Positions 28,395 through 37,612 of a DNA stretch of 64,000 nt are shown here, in pieces. The stretch is from an uncultured Alphaproteobacteria bacterium (GTDB taxonomy: Bacteria; Pseudomonadota; Alphaproteobacteria; Rs-D84), in contig CALXMU010000004.1 of the NCBI GenBank assembly GCA_944389555.1, positions 14,042 through 78,041 of the forward strand. Reading direction: 5' to 3'. The first letter of the stretch is position 1; each line of letters starts with the position of its first letter. The position numbers and the translations under genes are program-made. The notes under the pieces were generated by a model. It saw nothing but the letters and a program-made list of their open reading frames with translations. It did no database searches and was not told the origin of the DNA.

Positions 28395-31300
28395 ATGTTA
28401 AAGTTTTTCGTGCGTAGACCAGTCACAACGGTGATGTTTGTGTTGTTTTGGGTTGTTTTAGGTATTGTTTCTTTTCCGAAGATGAATATAGAACGTACAC
28501 CGTCGGTTGAGTTTCCTATGGTAACTGCAACGTTCATTTATCCAGGTGCCGCATCGTCTGAAATAGAATCGCAGGTTATTAAACGGGCAGAAGACGCCAT
28601 ATCAGAGGTTTCCGAATTAAAGAAAATAACTTCTCAGGCTTTTGAGAACGGTGGTTTTGTCATGGCAGAGTTTAACCTTGGGGTGGATGTAAATGATAAA
28701 GCCACAGAAGTAAAAACTAAATTAGACTCATTGATATCTGAATTCCCAAGTGATATGGAACAGCCGGTCGTTGAGAAATTAAACCCATTAGAAGAATCAG
28801 TAATTGATATTGCTATAAGCGGTTCTAATTTACGTGATTTACAGGAATATGTTGATGATACTTTATCTAATAAGCTTACCGGAATTTCGGGGGTGGCAAG
28901 CATAAGTGTGTTCGGTGGTGAGACTCGCGCAATTCGAATAGCGATGAATCCAGAAGCCTTGGCGGCGAAGGGTGCTACAGTTATGGACGTTGTTTCTGCA
29001 TTGGGAAGCCATAATATGAATATTCCTGGTGGTAAAATAGAGTTTGGTACAGATTCTTCAAACGTTCGTTTTATCGGAGAATTCAGTAGCGTTGACGAAA
29101 TTTCTGGGTTGCAATTGACCACAGCGGAAGGGCAAACTTTCAAGTTAAGTGATATTGCTACTGTAAGTGATGCCGCACGTGATATTGAAAATGGGGCGCG
29201 CTATAACGGGCAAGACGTCATCATCGCTTCTGTTGTAAAGGCGTCTGACGGAAATGCGATAAACGTTTCAAAAGCGTTGCGTGAAAAAATGCCAGAATTT
29301 CAAGCGGATTTACAATCTAAATTCCCAGATGCTACGATGGAAATAATTTCAGACTCTTCCGTTGCTGTGGCAGATGAAACATACGGGACAATCTGGGGAA
29401 TTGTATTAGGGGTATTGTTTACAGTATTGGTTTTGTTGGTCTTTACCCGTAACTGGCGTTCTACAATCATTGCGGGTGTCGTCATACCTGCGTCTTTAAT
29501 TGCTGGTTTCTTTTTTATGGATGCAAGTCATTTTACAATCAATGCGCTAACATTGCTTGCCTATTCTTCCGCGCTGGGAACGTTGGTATCTAATGCTATT
29601 ATTCTAATTGAAGCAGCCTTGCAAGAAATGAATAGTGGCAAAGATCCAGAGACAGCGGCAGTTGACGGGACAAAAAAGGTTGCCGTCCCTGTTTTGGCGG
29701 GGGTCGGGACAAATGTCGTTGTGTTTTTACCATTGGCTTTCATGAGCGGTATTGCAGGACAATTTATGAACCAATTTGGTTTAACGGTGGTTTATTTAAC
29801 TTTATTGTCTTTATTATTCTCTTTCACTTTAACACCAATGATGATTGCGAAGATTTTACGTTTAACAGGTAATAAAAAAGCAAATAAAAAAGTGGAGGTA
29901 AAAAACGAAAACGCTTCTCGTTTACGTAAGTGGTTTGCTTATCAATATACTCATCCATGGCGCGTTGTTATAACTGCAGTTGCTATATTGATTGGTTCTT
30001 CTATGTTGATGGGGTTTGTGGGAAATGAATTTGCTCCGTCAACAGATGCAAATGAAATCAATATAACAGCGCGTGCACCTATGGGGGCAACTTATGAAAA
30101 GTCCGTACAGATAACAAATAAAATAGAAGAGAAACTAAAAGATTTTGATGATGTTACGGCAGTCTCAGTAAAAATAGGGGATCGTGGGTTACAGAATATG
30201 TCCGTAAAGTTAACGTTGAAAGACGTTGATGAACGCAGTATGTCCGATAAAGAATTGGCGCGTCGGATATTGCCTGTATTATCAGAAATACCTGATGTAG
30301 AGTTACAAATTCGAGCAGGTCAGGGAATTTCTAGCGGCGCTGTATCAGCCGATATAGTTTTAAATGTATTTGGTGATGACGATGAAAAGCGTCAGGCGTA
30401 TGCAAAGCAAATTCTGAATATGATAAACCAGATACCAGAAGTTCAAAGTGCTGTTTTAGCACAGCAAAAACCAGGTAATGAGACTCAGTTTGTTCCGGAT
30501 CAGGAAAAAATGAACTTCTGGGGTGTGAATAATTCGTATGCTGGTGCTACGCTTCGTACGGCTTTGTACGGTAACGACGATTATAAATATAAAGAGAACG
30601 GCGAAGAATATCCAATCATCCTAGAATTTGCAGAACCTTTCAAAAATATGAGCATGTTTGATAATGTGTTCGTGAATTCTCAAAAGGGTATGGTGCCGTT
30701 ATCGGAATTAGGTAGCATAAAAGTAGTACAAGCGACACCCGATATTAGCCGCATAAATAAAAATAGAGTTACAGAAATTGATATAAATATCGGTAAATCC
30801 ACAATGGGACCAGTTCAGAAGAAAATAGAAGCCGCATTGGCAAAAATAGACTGGGAAGCAGGTTATGGCACAGAATTCGGTGGAATGGCAGAAATTCAGT
30901 CTGAAACCACGACTGAAATTGGTAATGCGTTTTTGCTGGCGGTTATATTGACTTATATGCTATTAGCAGCAATTATGAATTCTTTGGCACATCCTTTCAC
31001 AATTGCGACGTCAATTGTAAGTAGTTTTGCAGGAGTTTTTGTGTTGCTGTTTTTATCTGGTGCGTCAATGAACGTCGGTGCAATGTTGGCATGCGTTATG
31101 TTGGTCGGTCTGGTTGTAAACAATAATATTCTTGTTTTAGAGCCGACGATTGCTCGCATATCAAATGGTGAAAGGGCGTACGATGCGTTATGGGAAGAAT
31201 TAAAAAATAAAAAATCTATGATTTTAATGACATCTATTGCCATTATAGCTGGTATGTTACCACAGCTGTGGAGTGCAGACGGTATGAAAAGTGCGATGGC

Positions 31301-31412
31301 TGCTGTTATGATAGGTGGTATGTTCGCAAGTTTGATATTTACGTTTGTCTTGACTCCTGCGATATTCTTCTTAGTAGAACGTGGAAGAGAAAAATTAAAA
31401 CATAAAAAATAA
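28395..31412 (+). CDS. RND-family efflux transporter (AcrB/HAE1-like), 12 TM with two large periplasmic loops
   Basis: 1005 aa. N-terminus MLKFFVRRPVTTVMFVLFWVVLGIVSFPKMNIERTPSVEFP is characteristic of AcrB-type pumps, with duplicated TM bundles. Confidence 0.85.
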   Translation: MLKFFVRRPVTTVMFVLFWVVLGIVSFPKMNIERTPSVEFPMVTATFIYPGAASSEIESQVIKRAEDAISEVSELKKITSQAFENGGFVMAEFNLGVDVNDKATEVKTKLDSLISEFPSDMEQPVVEKLNPLEESVIDIAISGSNLRDLQEYVDDTLSNKLTGISGVASISVFGGETRAIRIAMNPEALAAKGATVMDVVSALGSHNMNIPGGKIEFGTDSSNVRFIGEFSSVDEISGLQLTTAEGQTFKLSDIATVSDAARDIENGARYNGQDVIIASVVKASDGNAINVSKALREKMPEFQADLQSKFPDATMEIISDSSVAVADETYGTIWGIVLGVLFTVLVLLVFTRNWRSTIIAGVVIPASLIAGFFFMDASHFTINALTLLAYSSALGTLVSNAIILIEAALQEMNSGKDPETAAVDGTKKVAVPVLAGVGTNVVVFLPLAFMSGIAGQFMNQFGLTVVYLTLLSLLFSFTLTPMMIAKILRLTGNKKANKKVEVKNENASRLRKWFAYQYTHPWRVVITAVAILIGSSMLMGFVGNEFAPSTDANEINITARAPMGATYEKSVQITNKIEEKLKDFDDVTAVSVKIGDRGLQNMSVKLTLKDVDERSMSDKELARRILPVLSEIPDVELQIRAGQGISSGAVSADIVLNVFGDDDEKRQAYAKQILNMINQIPEVQSAVLAQQKPGNETQFVPDQEKMNFWGVNNSYAGATLRTALYGNDDYKYKENGEEYPIILEFAEPFKNMSMFDNVFVNSQKGMVPLSELGSIKVVQATPDISRINKNRVTEIDINIGKSTMGPVQKKIEAALAKIDWEAGYGTEFGGMAEIQSETTTEIGNAFLLAVILTYMLLAAIMNSLAHPFTIATSIVSSFAGVFVLLFLSGASMNVGAMLACVMLVGLVVNNNILVLEPTIARISNGERAYDALWEELKNKKSMILMTSIAIIAGMLPQLWSADGMKSAMAAVMIGGMFASLIFTFVLTPAIFFLVERGREKLKHKK

Positions 31413-31434
31413 AAAACGGGGGTAACCCCGTTTT
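31413..31434 (+). terminator. rho-independent terminator after the RND operon
   Basis: aaaacgggggtaaccccgtttt. Confidence 0.6.
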
Positions 31435-31518
31435 CTATTTAATTGTTTTATAACATAAAATTTGCAGTGCAAGAAAAAGGTTGTTATAATCTTCTCACTT
31501 AAATTATAAGGAATAAAT

Positions 31519-32121
31519 ATGTTACAAAAGCAAGATATTGTAGTTTTTGATTTTGATGGAACGTTATCCGCGCACGATTCTAATGTTGAGTTCGTTAAAT
31601 ATTGTTTCCGTCATTCTTTAAGACCTTGGTTGTTTTTGCCGCTTATAGGGGTGGCAATGATTTCAAGAAAATTGTACTTAAAAGGTTATTGGTGGCGTCA
31701 CGCGTCGCGCCGTTTTATGACACCAGAAATGGTGAAAAAATATGCCCCAGATTTTATTAAACTGCATAAAAAAGAGCGTTTCGGTTGGGCAAAAGAACAA
31801 GTAGCAAAAGAAAAAAGCGGGGGTAATAAGGTAATCCTTATTTCTGCTAGTACTGACTATTTGATACCTTTTTTGGTTAAAGATATGAAGTTTGACGCCG
31901 TTTTATGTTCTCAAATGGAAAAAGAAAAACCTTGGAAATATAAGTTTTTATGTTGGGGACGGAATAAAGTTGTGGCAATGGATGAATGGGCAAAGCAGAA
32001 TAAAATAATTCCTCACGTTGTACGTTCTTATTCTGATAGCAAGACAGATATGCCTTTGATGGAAATCGCAGAGGAGCAGGTCTGGGTTGATAATAAAACG
32101 GGTTTAAGAAAATCTGCCTAA
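31519..32121 (+). CDS. HAD-superfamily (subfamily IB-like) hydrolase
   Basis: DxDGT motif in VVFDFDGTLSAHDS. A cap-type insertion and a C-terminal SYSDSKTDMPL motif (the HAD motif IV region). Confidence 0.6.
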   Translation: MLQKQDIVVFDFDGTLSAHDSNVEFVKYCFRHSLRPWLFLPLIGVAMISRKLYLKGYWWRHASRRFMTPEMVKKYAPDFIKLHKKERFGWAKEQVAKEKSGGNKVILISASTDYLIPFLVKDMKFDAVLCSQMEKEKPWKYKFLCWGRNKVVAMDEWAKQNKIIPHVVRSYSDSKTDMPLMEIAEEQVWVDNKTGLRKSA

Positions 32122-32154
32122 TGAAATCAATTATATATCTGTTATAATCTTTTT

Positions 32155-32400
32155 ATGGTTATAACAGATGTTTTATATGATTTAACTGTCGGTATAGTAT
32201 GTGCCGTTTCTGGTGCTTTGATAATGCTTGGGTTTACCAGAAAAAAAACGCAACGTTTATCAAATGAAATAGTCGTCCATCGTAAAGATATTGAAGATTT
32301 ACGATTAGAAAATAATCGGTTAATAGAAACGATAAAAGACCGTGAAAATAAAATTCTTGAATTACAGGAAAAAATTTTGAAAAAGAAAACGGGGAAATAA
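32155..32400 (+). CDS. small membrane-anchored coiled-coil protein (81 aa)
   Basis: N-terminal TM LTVGIVCAVSGALIMLGF followed by a charged heptad region. A terminator lies immediately downstream. Confidence 0.4.
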   Translation: MVITDVLYDLTVGIVCAVSGALIMLGFTRKKTQRLSNEIVVHRKDIEDLRLENNRLIETIKDRENKILELQEKILKKKTGK

Positions 32401-32414
32401 AACCCCGTTTTTTA
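32388..32414. terminator. bidirectional hairpin terminator
   Basis: aaaacggggaaataaaaccccgtttttt. Confidence 0.55.
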
Positions 32415-33296
32415 TTCTTCTTCTCCGAAATCCATATCTCGTAATTTTTCCGCGCGTGGTGTGATTTTACCTATTGATGTCTGTATCTGTTCTATATCTA
32501 CAGTCGCTTGAGAGAAGTGTTGTTGAACTTTTCCAGCGCGTTCGGACAATCTGGACAAGTCTGCTAATAAATAACCAAGTTCTCGTTTAATTTTGTCGGC
32601 AACGCGTTTTATTTTTATATCTGATAATACGGCTCTTATCGTGTTCAATGTTGCCCACAGCGTTGACGGAGACACAATGAATACTTTTTTTCTATTGGCG
32701 TAGTCTATTACGTTTGGAAAATCTCTATGTAAAGTTTCAAATATGGATTCAGATGCAATGAACATCATTGCAGATTCTGCGGTTTTCCCCGGAATAATAT
32801 ATTTTTCTGCGATTGCGTCAATATGTTTGCGTACGTCCAGTTCAAATTCTTTACGTATCCCCATATCGTCAGTTTTTGCGGTGCTCATACGATTATAACT
32901 TTCTAGCGGAAATTTACTGTCTATAATCATATCACCCGGTGGATAAGGCAGGCGAATTATGCAATCAGGGCGTACGCCTGTATCCATAACACATTGGAAT
33001 GCGTATGTTTCTGGGGGCATTATGTCGGCAACCAAGTCTTCCAGTTGACGCTCGCCGAAAGTCCCGCGAGCTTGCTTATTCCCCATCAATATATTTTTGA
33101 AATTTGCAATATCATTACTTATATTCTTTAATTCTATGGCGTTTTGGGTCAATGCGCCTAAACGTTCGGCCAACCGCTCGCGCAGGCGGGTATTATCTTC
33201 GCGTAGTGATGAAATATCCACAGTCGGGCGGCGCATCAGCAATGCAATCAGCAATAAAATTATGATGAATAATAATACGAAAATATAAGTTGTCAT
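32412..33296 (-). CDS. rmuC: DNA recombination protein RmuC
   Basis: N-terminal TM, a coiled coil and the conserved RmuC C-terminal region MMFIASESIFETLHRDFPNVIDYANRKKVFIVSPSTLWATLNTIRAV. Confidence 0.75.
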   Translation of the reverse strand: MTTYIFVLLFIIILLLIALLMRRPTVDISSLREDNTRLRERLAERLGALTQNAIELKNISNDIANFKNILMGNKQARGTFGERQLEDLVADIMPPETYAFQCVMDTGVRPDCIIRLPYPPGDMIIDSKFPLESYNRMSTAKTDDMGIRKEFELDVRKHIDAIAEKYIIPGKTAESAMMFIASESIFETLHRDFPNVIDYANRKKVFIVSPSTLWATLNTIRAVLSDIKIKRVADKIKRELGYLLADLSRLSERAGKVQQHFSQATVDIEQIQTSIGKITPRAEKLRDMDFGEEE

Positions 33297-33338
33297 TTAG
33301 GATTCCTTTGGTAAAATTCATTATAAAAGGATTTATAG

Positions 33339-33839
33339 ATGTTGCAAATGAAACTTTGCGGTGATTTGATTTTGCGTGAAAAGTGTGAACCGATAACGGA
33401 AATCACGCCAGAGGTTTTAGATATTTTGGATGAAATGGTAAATATGATGCGTGACCAGAATGGCGTTGGATTAGCGGCGCCTCAAGTCGGGCAATTAAAA
33501 AGATTTCTGGTTATGATGGACCCAGATTCTGAAAAAGTATTTAAGATGATAAACCCTAAGATTTTGACTCGCAGTACAGACGTTTGTACTATGGAAGAGG
33601 GTTGTTTATCTGTTTTGGGAAACGACGATTTACCAGTTTATGCTAATGTAACGCGACCGCAATCTGTTGAGGTAGAATGGACAGATGAGACGGGTAATCA
33701 TATGATGGCGGCAATGTCTGGATTACCGGCAAGAATTATTCAGCATGAAACGGATCACTTAGATGGCATATTATTTATTGATTATTTATCACCAGTTCGC
33801 CGTGAAATGTTAATGAGAAAGGTCAAGAAACGTAAATGA
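33339..33839 (+). CDS. def: peptide deformylase
   Basis: Motifs GVGLAAPQVG, EGCLSV and HETDHLDG. Confidence 0.9.
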   Translation: MLQMKLCGDLILREKCEPITEITPEVLDILDEMVNMMRDQNGVGLAAPQVGQLKRFLVMMDPDSEKVFKMINPKILTRSTDVCTMEEGCLSVLGNDDLPVYANVTRPQSVEVEWTDETGNHMMAAMSGLPARIIQHETDHLDGILFIDYLSPVRREMLMRKVKKRK

Positions 33840-34642
33840 AACTAGTTTTGATGGGGACGAATGAATTCGTCGTGCCAATTTTTGATTCAATATTAAAAGC
33901 AGGTCATGAAATATTGGCTGTTTTCACGCGTGCACCAAAACCAGTTGGACGCAAACAAGTTATAACACCTTCTCCTGTAAACGTTTGGGCAGACGAAAAT
34001 GGCTTGCAAGTATACACCAATATCAAAGATTATAATTTGTCGCCTGATATGGTAGTTGTCGTTTCTTACGGGGCAATTTTGCGTGAAAATGTTTTGGGGT
34101 CTGCACCCTGTATAAATATTCATCCAAGTGATTTACCAAAATATCGAGGTCCTTCACCTATTCGCACGGCAATTTATAACGGTGATAGAAAAAGTGCAGT
34201 ATGTCTGATGCAAATAACTGAGGAATTAGACGCCGGCGATATTTATATGCGACAAGAATTTGATATTGATAAAAATGATACAAACGAAGACGTTGAAAAA
34301 ATCGTATCTAAAATCGGTTCGCAAATGCTGACGGAATACTTAGCAAATCCGCATAAATATATTGCTATACCTCAAAGTGGTGTGCCTACATATACACATA
34401 AATTTACAAGTGATGACGAAATAATAGATTGGGCGCGCGGTGCAGACGCGATACATAATCAAATTCGTGCGCTGGGGTCGGGTCGAACGAAGATAAACGG
34501 CATAGATGTAAAAATTCTAGAAACTCGGGTTGAGAATGACGAGTTAAAGATTCTTCGAATCCAACCAAGCGGCAAGAAACCAATGGATTGGAAAAGTTTT
34601 GTAAATGGTTTGCGCGGCACTGAAATAGAATTCGGTAAGTAA
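33836..34642 (+). CDS. fmt: methionyl-tRNA formyltransferase (short form)
   Basis: N-terminal formyltransferase fold with IHPSDLPKYRGPSPI (SLLP-type motif region). def-fmt arrangement with a 4-nt overlap. Confidence 0.8.
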   Translation: MKLVLMGTNEFVVPIFDSILKAGHEILAVFTRAPKPVGRKQVITPSPVNVWADENGLQVYTNIKDYNLSPDMVVVVSYGAILRENVLGSAPCINIHPSDLPKYRGPSPIRTAIYNGDRKSAVCLMQITEELDAGDIYMRQEFDIDKNDTNEDVEKIVSKIGSQMLTEYLANPHKYIAIPQSGVPTYTHKFTSDDEIIDWARGADAIHNQIRALGSGRTKINGIDVKILETRVENDELKILRIQPSGKKPMDWKSFVNGLRGTEIEFGK

Positions 34643-34668
34643 AAACAACAGGTAAAGGTTCATTTAAT

Positions 34669-34881
34669 ATGGTTTTTGATAAAAACGGTAAAGAAATGAA
34701 AAAGATGTGCGGACTATGGCATGCGCATGTAACGTTGTCTGAATATAATGATTTTGGAAAATGTAAGTGTATTGAGTGTTTCGGTATGTCTTGCCATAAT
34801 TGCGGAACGTATAAAGAACTGACTTCGCAAATAATGGACATATTTGAAAAAACTAAGTGTAATAAGTGCTTAGGTAGATAA
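34669..34881 (+). CDS. small cysteine-rich protein (70 aa, 8 Cys; putative zinc-binding)
   Basis: Cysteine pairs at C32-x-C34-x2-C37, C42-x2-C45 and C64-x2-C67, plus C14. The stop overlaps the truA ATG (TAATG). Confidence 0.45.
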   Translation: MVFDKNGKEMKKMCGLWHAHVTLSEYNDFGKCKCIECFGMSCHNCGTYKELTSQIMDIFEKTKCNKCLGR

Positions 34882-35639
34882 TGACGAGATATAAGATAAC
34901 TATTGAATATGATGGCACAAATTTAATTGGCTGGCAGGAAAACCGCCAAGGTCCATCTGTACAATCTATATTGCGTGATGCGATAAAAAAGTTCTGCGGG
35001 GAACGTCCAGATGTTGTTGCGGCAGGGCGTACTGATGCCGGTGTTCATGCAATTGCTATGGCGGCACATTTTGATTTAAGCAAAGCACAAAAATCAGAAA
35101 CAGTTATGCGGGCAATAAATTTTTATTTAGTAAATACTCCCGTTTCGGTTTTGGCATGTGAAGAAGTTTCAGATAATTTTAATGCCCGCTTTTCTTGCCT
35201 TCGTCGTAATTATAGATATGTTATTTTGAATCGTGGTGCACATCCGGTTTTGGAGAAAAAACGTGTTTGGTGGGTGCCTCGTAAATTAAATATTAGCGCT
35301 ATGAAACGGGCCGCCCAAAAATTGGTTGGGCATCATGACTTTACCAGTTTTCGTGCCTCAGAATGCCAGGCTAAAAGTCCTATAAAAACTTTGGATGCTT
35401 GCGTTATAAAACGTAGTGGCGATTACGTAATATTTGAATTTACGGCACGTTCTTTTTTGCATCATCAAGTGCGTAATATGGTGGGGACATTGGTCGAAAT
35501 AGGACTTGGAAAACCATATGACATAGATGAAATATTTGCTGAAAAAAATCGCAGTGCCGCGGGGCCGACAGCACCGGCTGCTGGATTGTTTTTTGTCAGT
35601 GCGGATTATGCCACGGACGATTATGGTGAACATATTTAA
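34881..35639 (+). CDS. truA: tRNA pseudouridine(38-40) synthase
   Basis: Catalytic-Asp motif RTDAGVHA and the TruA fold length (252 aa). Confidence 0.85.
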   Translation: MTRYKITIEYDGTNLIGWQENRQGPSVQSILRDAIKKFCGERPDVVAAGRTDAGVHAIAMAAHFDLSKAQKSETVMRAINFYLVNTPVSVLACEEVSDNFNARFSCLRRNYRYVILNRGAHPVLEKKRVWWVPRKLNISAMKRAAQKLVGHHDFTSFRASECQAKSPIKTLDACVIKRSGDYVIFEFTARSFLHHQVRNMVGTLVEIGLGKPYDIDEIFAEKNRSAAGPTAPAAGLFFVSADYATDDYGEHI

Positions 35640-37533
35640 TTTTCCCAGACGGGTAAATTACAAAACCACCTCGTAGAATTTTGTGGTTACACTTTGGGGC
35701 ATCTATATCAAAATAAGAAACGATATAATCAATGTTTTCATCGCGACAAAGTTTTACGATATTCTTTCTAAGAGGAACGAACTTTTGAATATATACTAAG
35801 TTAAAATTGTGTGTATGGTAATACCAAAGACCTTCAACAGGTTTGCGACGCACATTTTTAGTTCCTGTAGGTTCATTGTTTATTTGTTTCCAAGTATCAA
35901 ATGTAAAATAGTGGTTAGATGCACGAGATTTACTAAATTCTAGCGTTCCGTTTTTACCGACAAAAGCGACTAGTTCATGATCGCTTGTCGCATAAAAAGA
36001 AGGTCGTTTTTGAAAGACGATAATACTTAGACCGATAAGCACGAAAAATATAAACAGAAAATAGTTTATTTTCATACGTATCGGTCGAATAAACATAAGG
36101 CATATAAAACCAATTATTAAGAATAACAATGCAGAATTAGGAACGTGTGGCATTGTTAATGTAGCGTTCGGAAGTTCCGATATTTTATTACCTATCATTA
36201 AAGAAAAGTTATAAATTTCTTCGGCTAAATTGGCGGGGTAGTTCCAGCCGAATAAAGATGTGAATATAGCAATCATAACCAACGGCATAATTGCGATGGA
36301 AAATATTGGTAATAATATCAAGTTACCGATTAGACCGTAAATGGGCAGACTGTAAAAATGCGCGATTACAAAAGGTGCCGTAAAAATGGTTGCAGTTACG
36401 GAAGTTAAAGTTGCGGTATAAATTATTTTTAGAATTTTATTATTCGGCATTTTTGGTTTTACGTCGTTCCATAACCAAATAAGTCCGAATATTGCCGCAA
36501 AAGATAATTGGAAACCTGGCTGCATAACGAAGTGCGGATTCATAAAGAAGATTAAACAGAAAGCGATACATACGTTTCGCATTGATATAGCGTTTCTGCC
36601 GAAAATGAAAGCAGCAAAAACAAGAGTTGCCATTAGAAAAGCGCGAACTGTTGCGATGTCGCCGCCTGACAGGAATAAATAAAACAGTAACCCTATCCAA
36701 GCACAAACTAGCGCGGGTATTCTGGCTGGAATGCGGCAAGTTATTGGTGCAATAGATCTAAATATCAAATAGAAAATTGCAAATAACCAACCCGATACTA
36801 ATGTAATATGAAATCCGCTGATAGACCACACGTGTCCGACACCGGTCGCAGTCCATATAGGGCTGTCTGTTTCAGGGACTGCATTCTTATAACCTAATAC
36901 CAGAGTGTCTACAAGAAAAGAGTTTGCTTTATTATGTAAATAATCACGTAAAGTTGAAATATTATTTTTATTCTTTTTAGATAACGTTTCATATTCGGTT
37001 AAATACCCAGTTGCGGTTAAGTGATTGAAATATGCCCAACGTGCATAATCAAAAGCTTCCGGTGCGTCGGCGCCATTTGGCTTAAATAATCCGATATTGG
37101 CACTAATTTTATCGCCAATATTTGGAACTTTAATGTTATCATTTATAGAGACTCTGACGGTAGCATTACCTTTGCCGGCATTTATACTTTCGGCATTAGT
37201 TGTTATGTAAATTCTGGTTTTCTTTGATGTGTAATCAATGTTGTCTACTGTACCGATTATTTCAACGTCGTGTAAACCATGAGGAATTTGAGGTGTGTTT
37301 ATTATGTGTGTAAACATACCGGAATAACAAAAACCGAAAATGAATAAAGAAATTGTTCGGATTACAATATTAGTTTTACATAGTACTAAGGCAGCAGAAG
37401 CGATTGCGAATATGATGCATAAAATTGCGTTAGGTTCATAAGGCAGGTTAAAATATAAACCTGCACCGAATGCCATTAAAAACGGTACCCATAGAAATAA
37501 GTTACCTGATTGATTTTGCCACAATTCTTGCAT
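35596..37533 (-). CDS. comEC: ComEC/Rec2-family DNA internalisation channel protein (the ORF extends to 37662; the likely start is Met at 37533, MQELWQ...)
   Basis: Polytopic membrane protein with the competence domain GFHITLVSGWLFAIFYLIF and an N-terminal OB-like region. The C-terminal region is shorter than a full metallo-beta-lactamase domain. Confidence 0.65.
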   Translation of the reverse strand: MQELWQNQSGNLFLWVPFLMAFGAGLYFNLPYEPNAILCIIFAIASAALVLCKTNIVIRTISLFIFGFCYSGMFTHIINTPQIPHGLHDVEIIGTVDNIDYTSKKTRIYITTNAESINAGKGNATVRVSINDNIKVPNIGDKISANIGLFKPNGADAPEAFDYARWAYFNHLTATGYLTEYETLSKKNKNNISTLRDYLHNKANSFLVDTLVLGYKNAVPETDSPIWTATGVGHVWSISGFHITLVSGWLFAIFYLIFRSIAPITCRIPARIPALVCAWIGLLFYLFLSGGDIATVRAFLMATLVFAAFIFGRNAISMRNVCIAFCLIFFMNPHFVMQPGFQLSFAAIFGLIWLWNDVKPKMPNNKILKIIYTATLTSVTATIFTAPFVIAHFYSLPIYGLIGNLILLPIFSIAIMPLVMIAIFTSLFGWNYPANLAEEIYNFSLMIGNKISELPNATLTMPHVPNSALLFLIIGFICLMFIRPIRMKINYFLFIFFVLIGLSIIVFQKRPSFYATSDHELVAFVGKNGTLEFSKSRASNHYFTFDTWKQINNEPTGTKNVRRKPVEGLWYYHTHNFNLVYIQKFVPLRKNIVKLCRDENIDYIVSYFDIDAPKCNHKILRGGFVIYPSGKIKYVHHNRPWHNPH

Positions 37534-37612
37534 ATAAAAAGTATAGGAATTTATTTGATTGCACCGCAACGAAAAATTTCGTATGATGAAAGCCCATAAG
37601 GAGGCGTTTCTT

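Noticed and set aside
36440-36739. 99-aa minus-strand ORF in another frame inside comEC
   Set aside because: It is an alternative frame within the long ComEC membrane-protein ORF.
37559-37612. 5' extensions of pyrG (37559), pyk (39757), rplK (54807), nusG (54154), rpoB (57198) and the MerR gene (22887) as given by the ORF track
   Set aside because: Internal Met codons preceded by Shine-Dalgarno sequences align with the conserved protein N-termini. The longer ORFs would overlap upstream genes or divergent starts.
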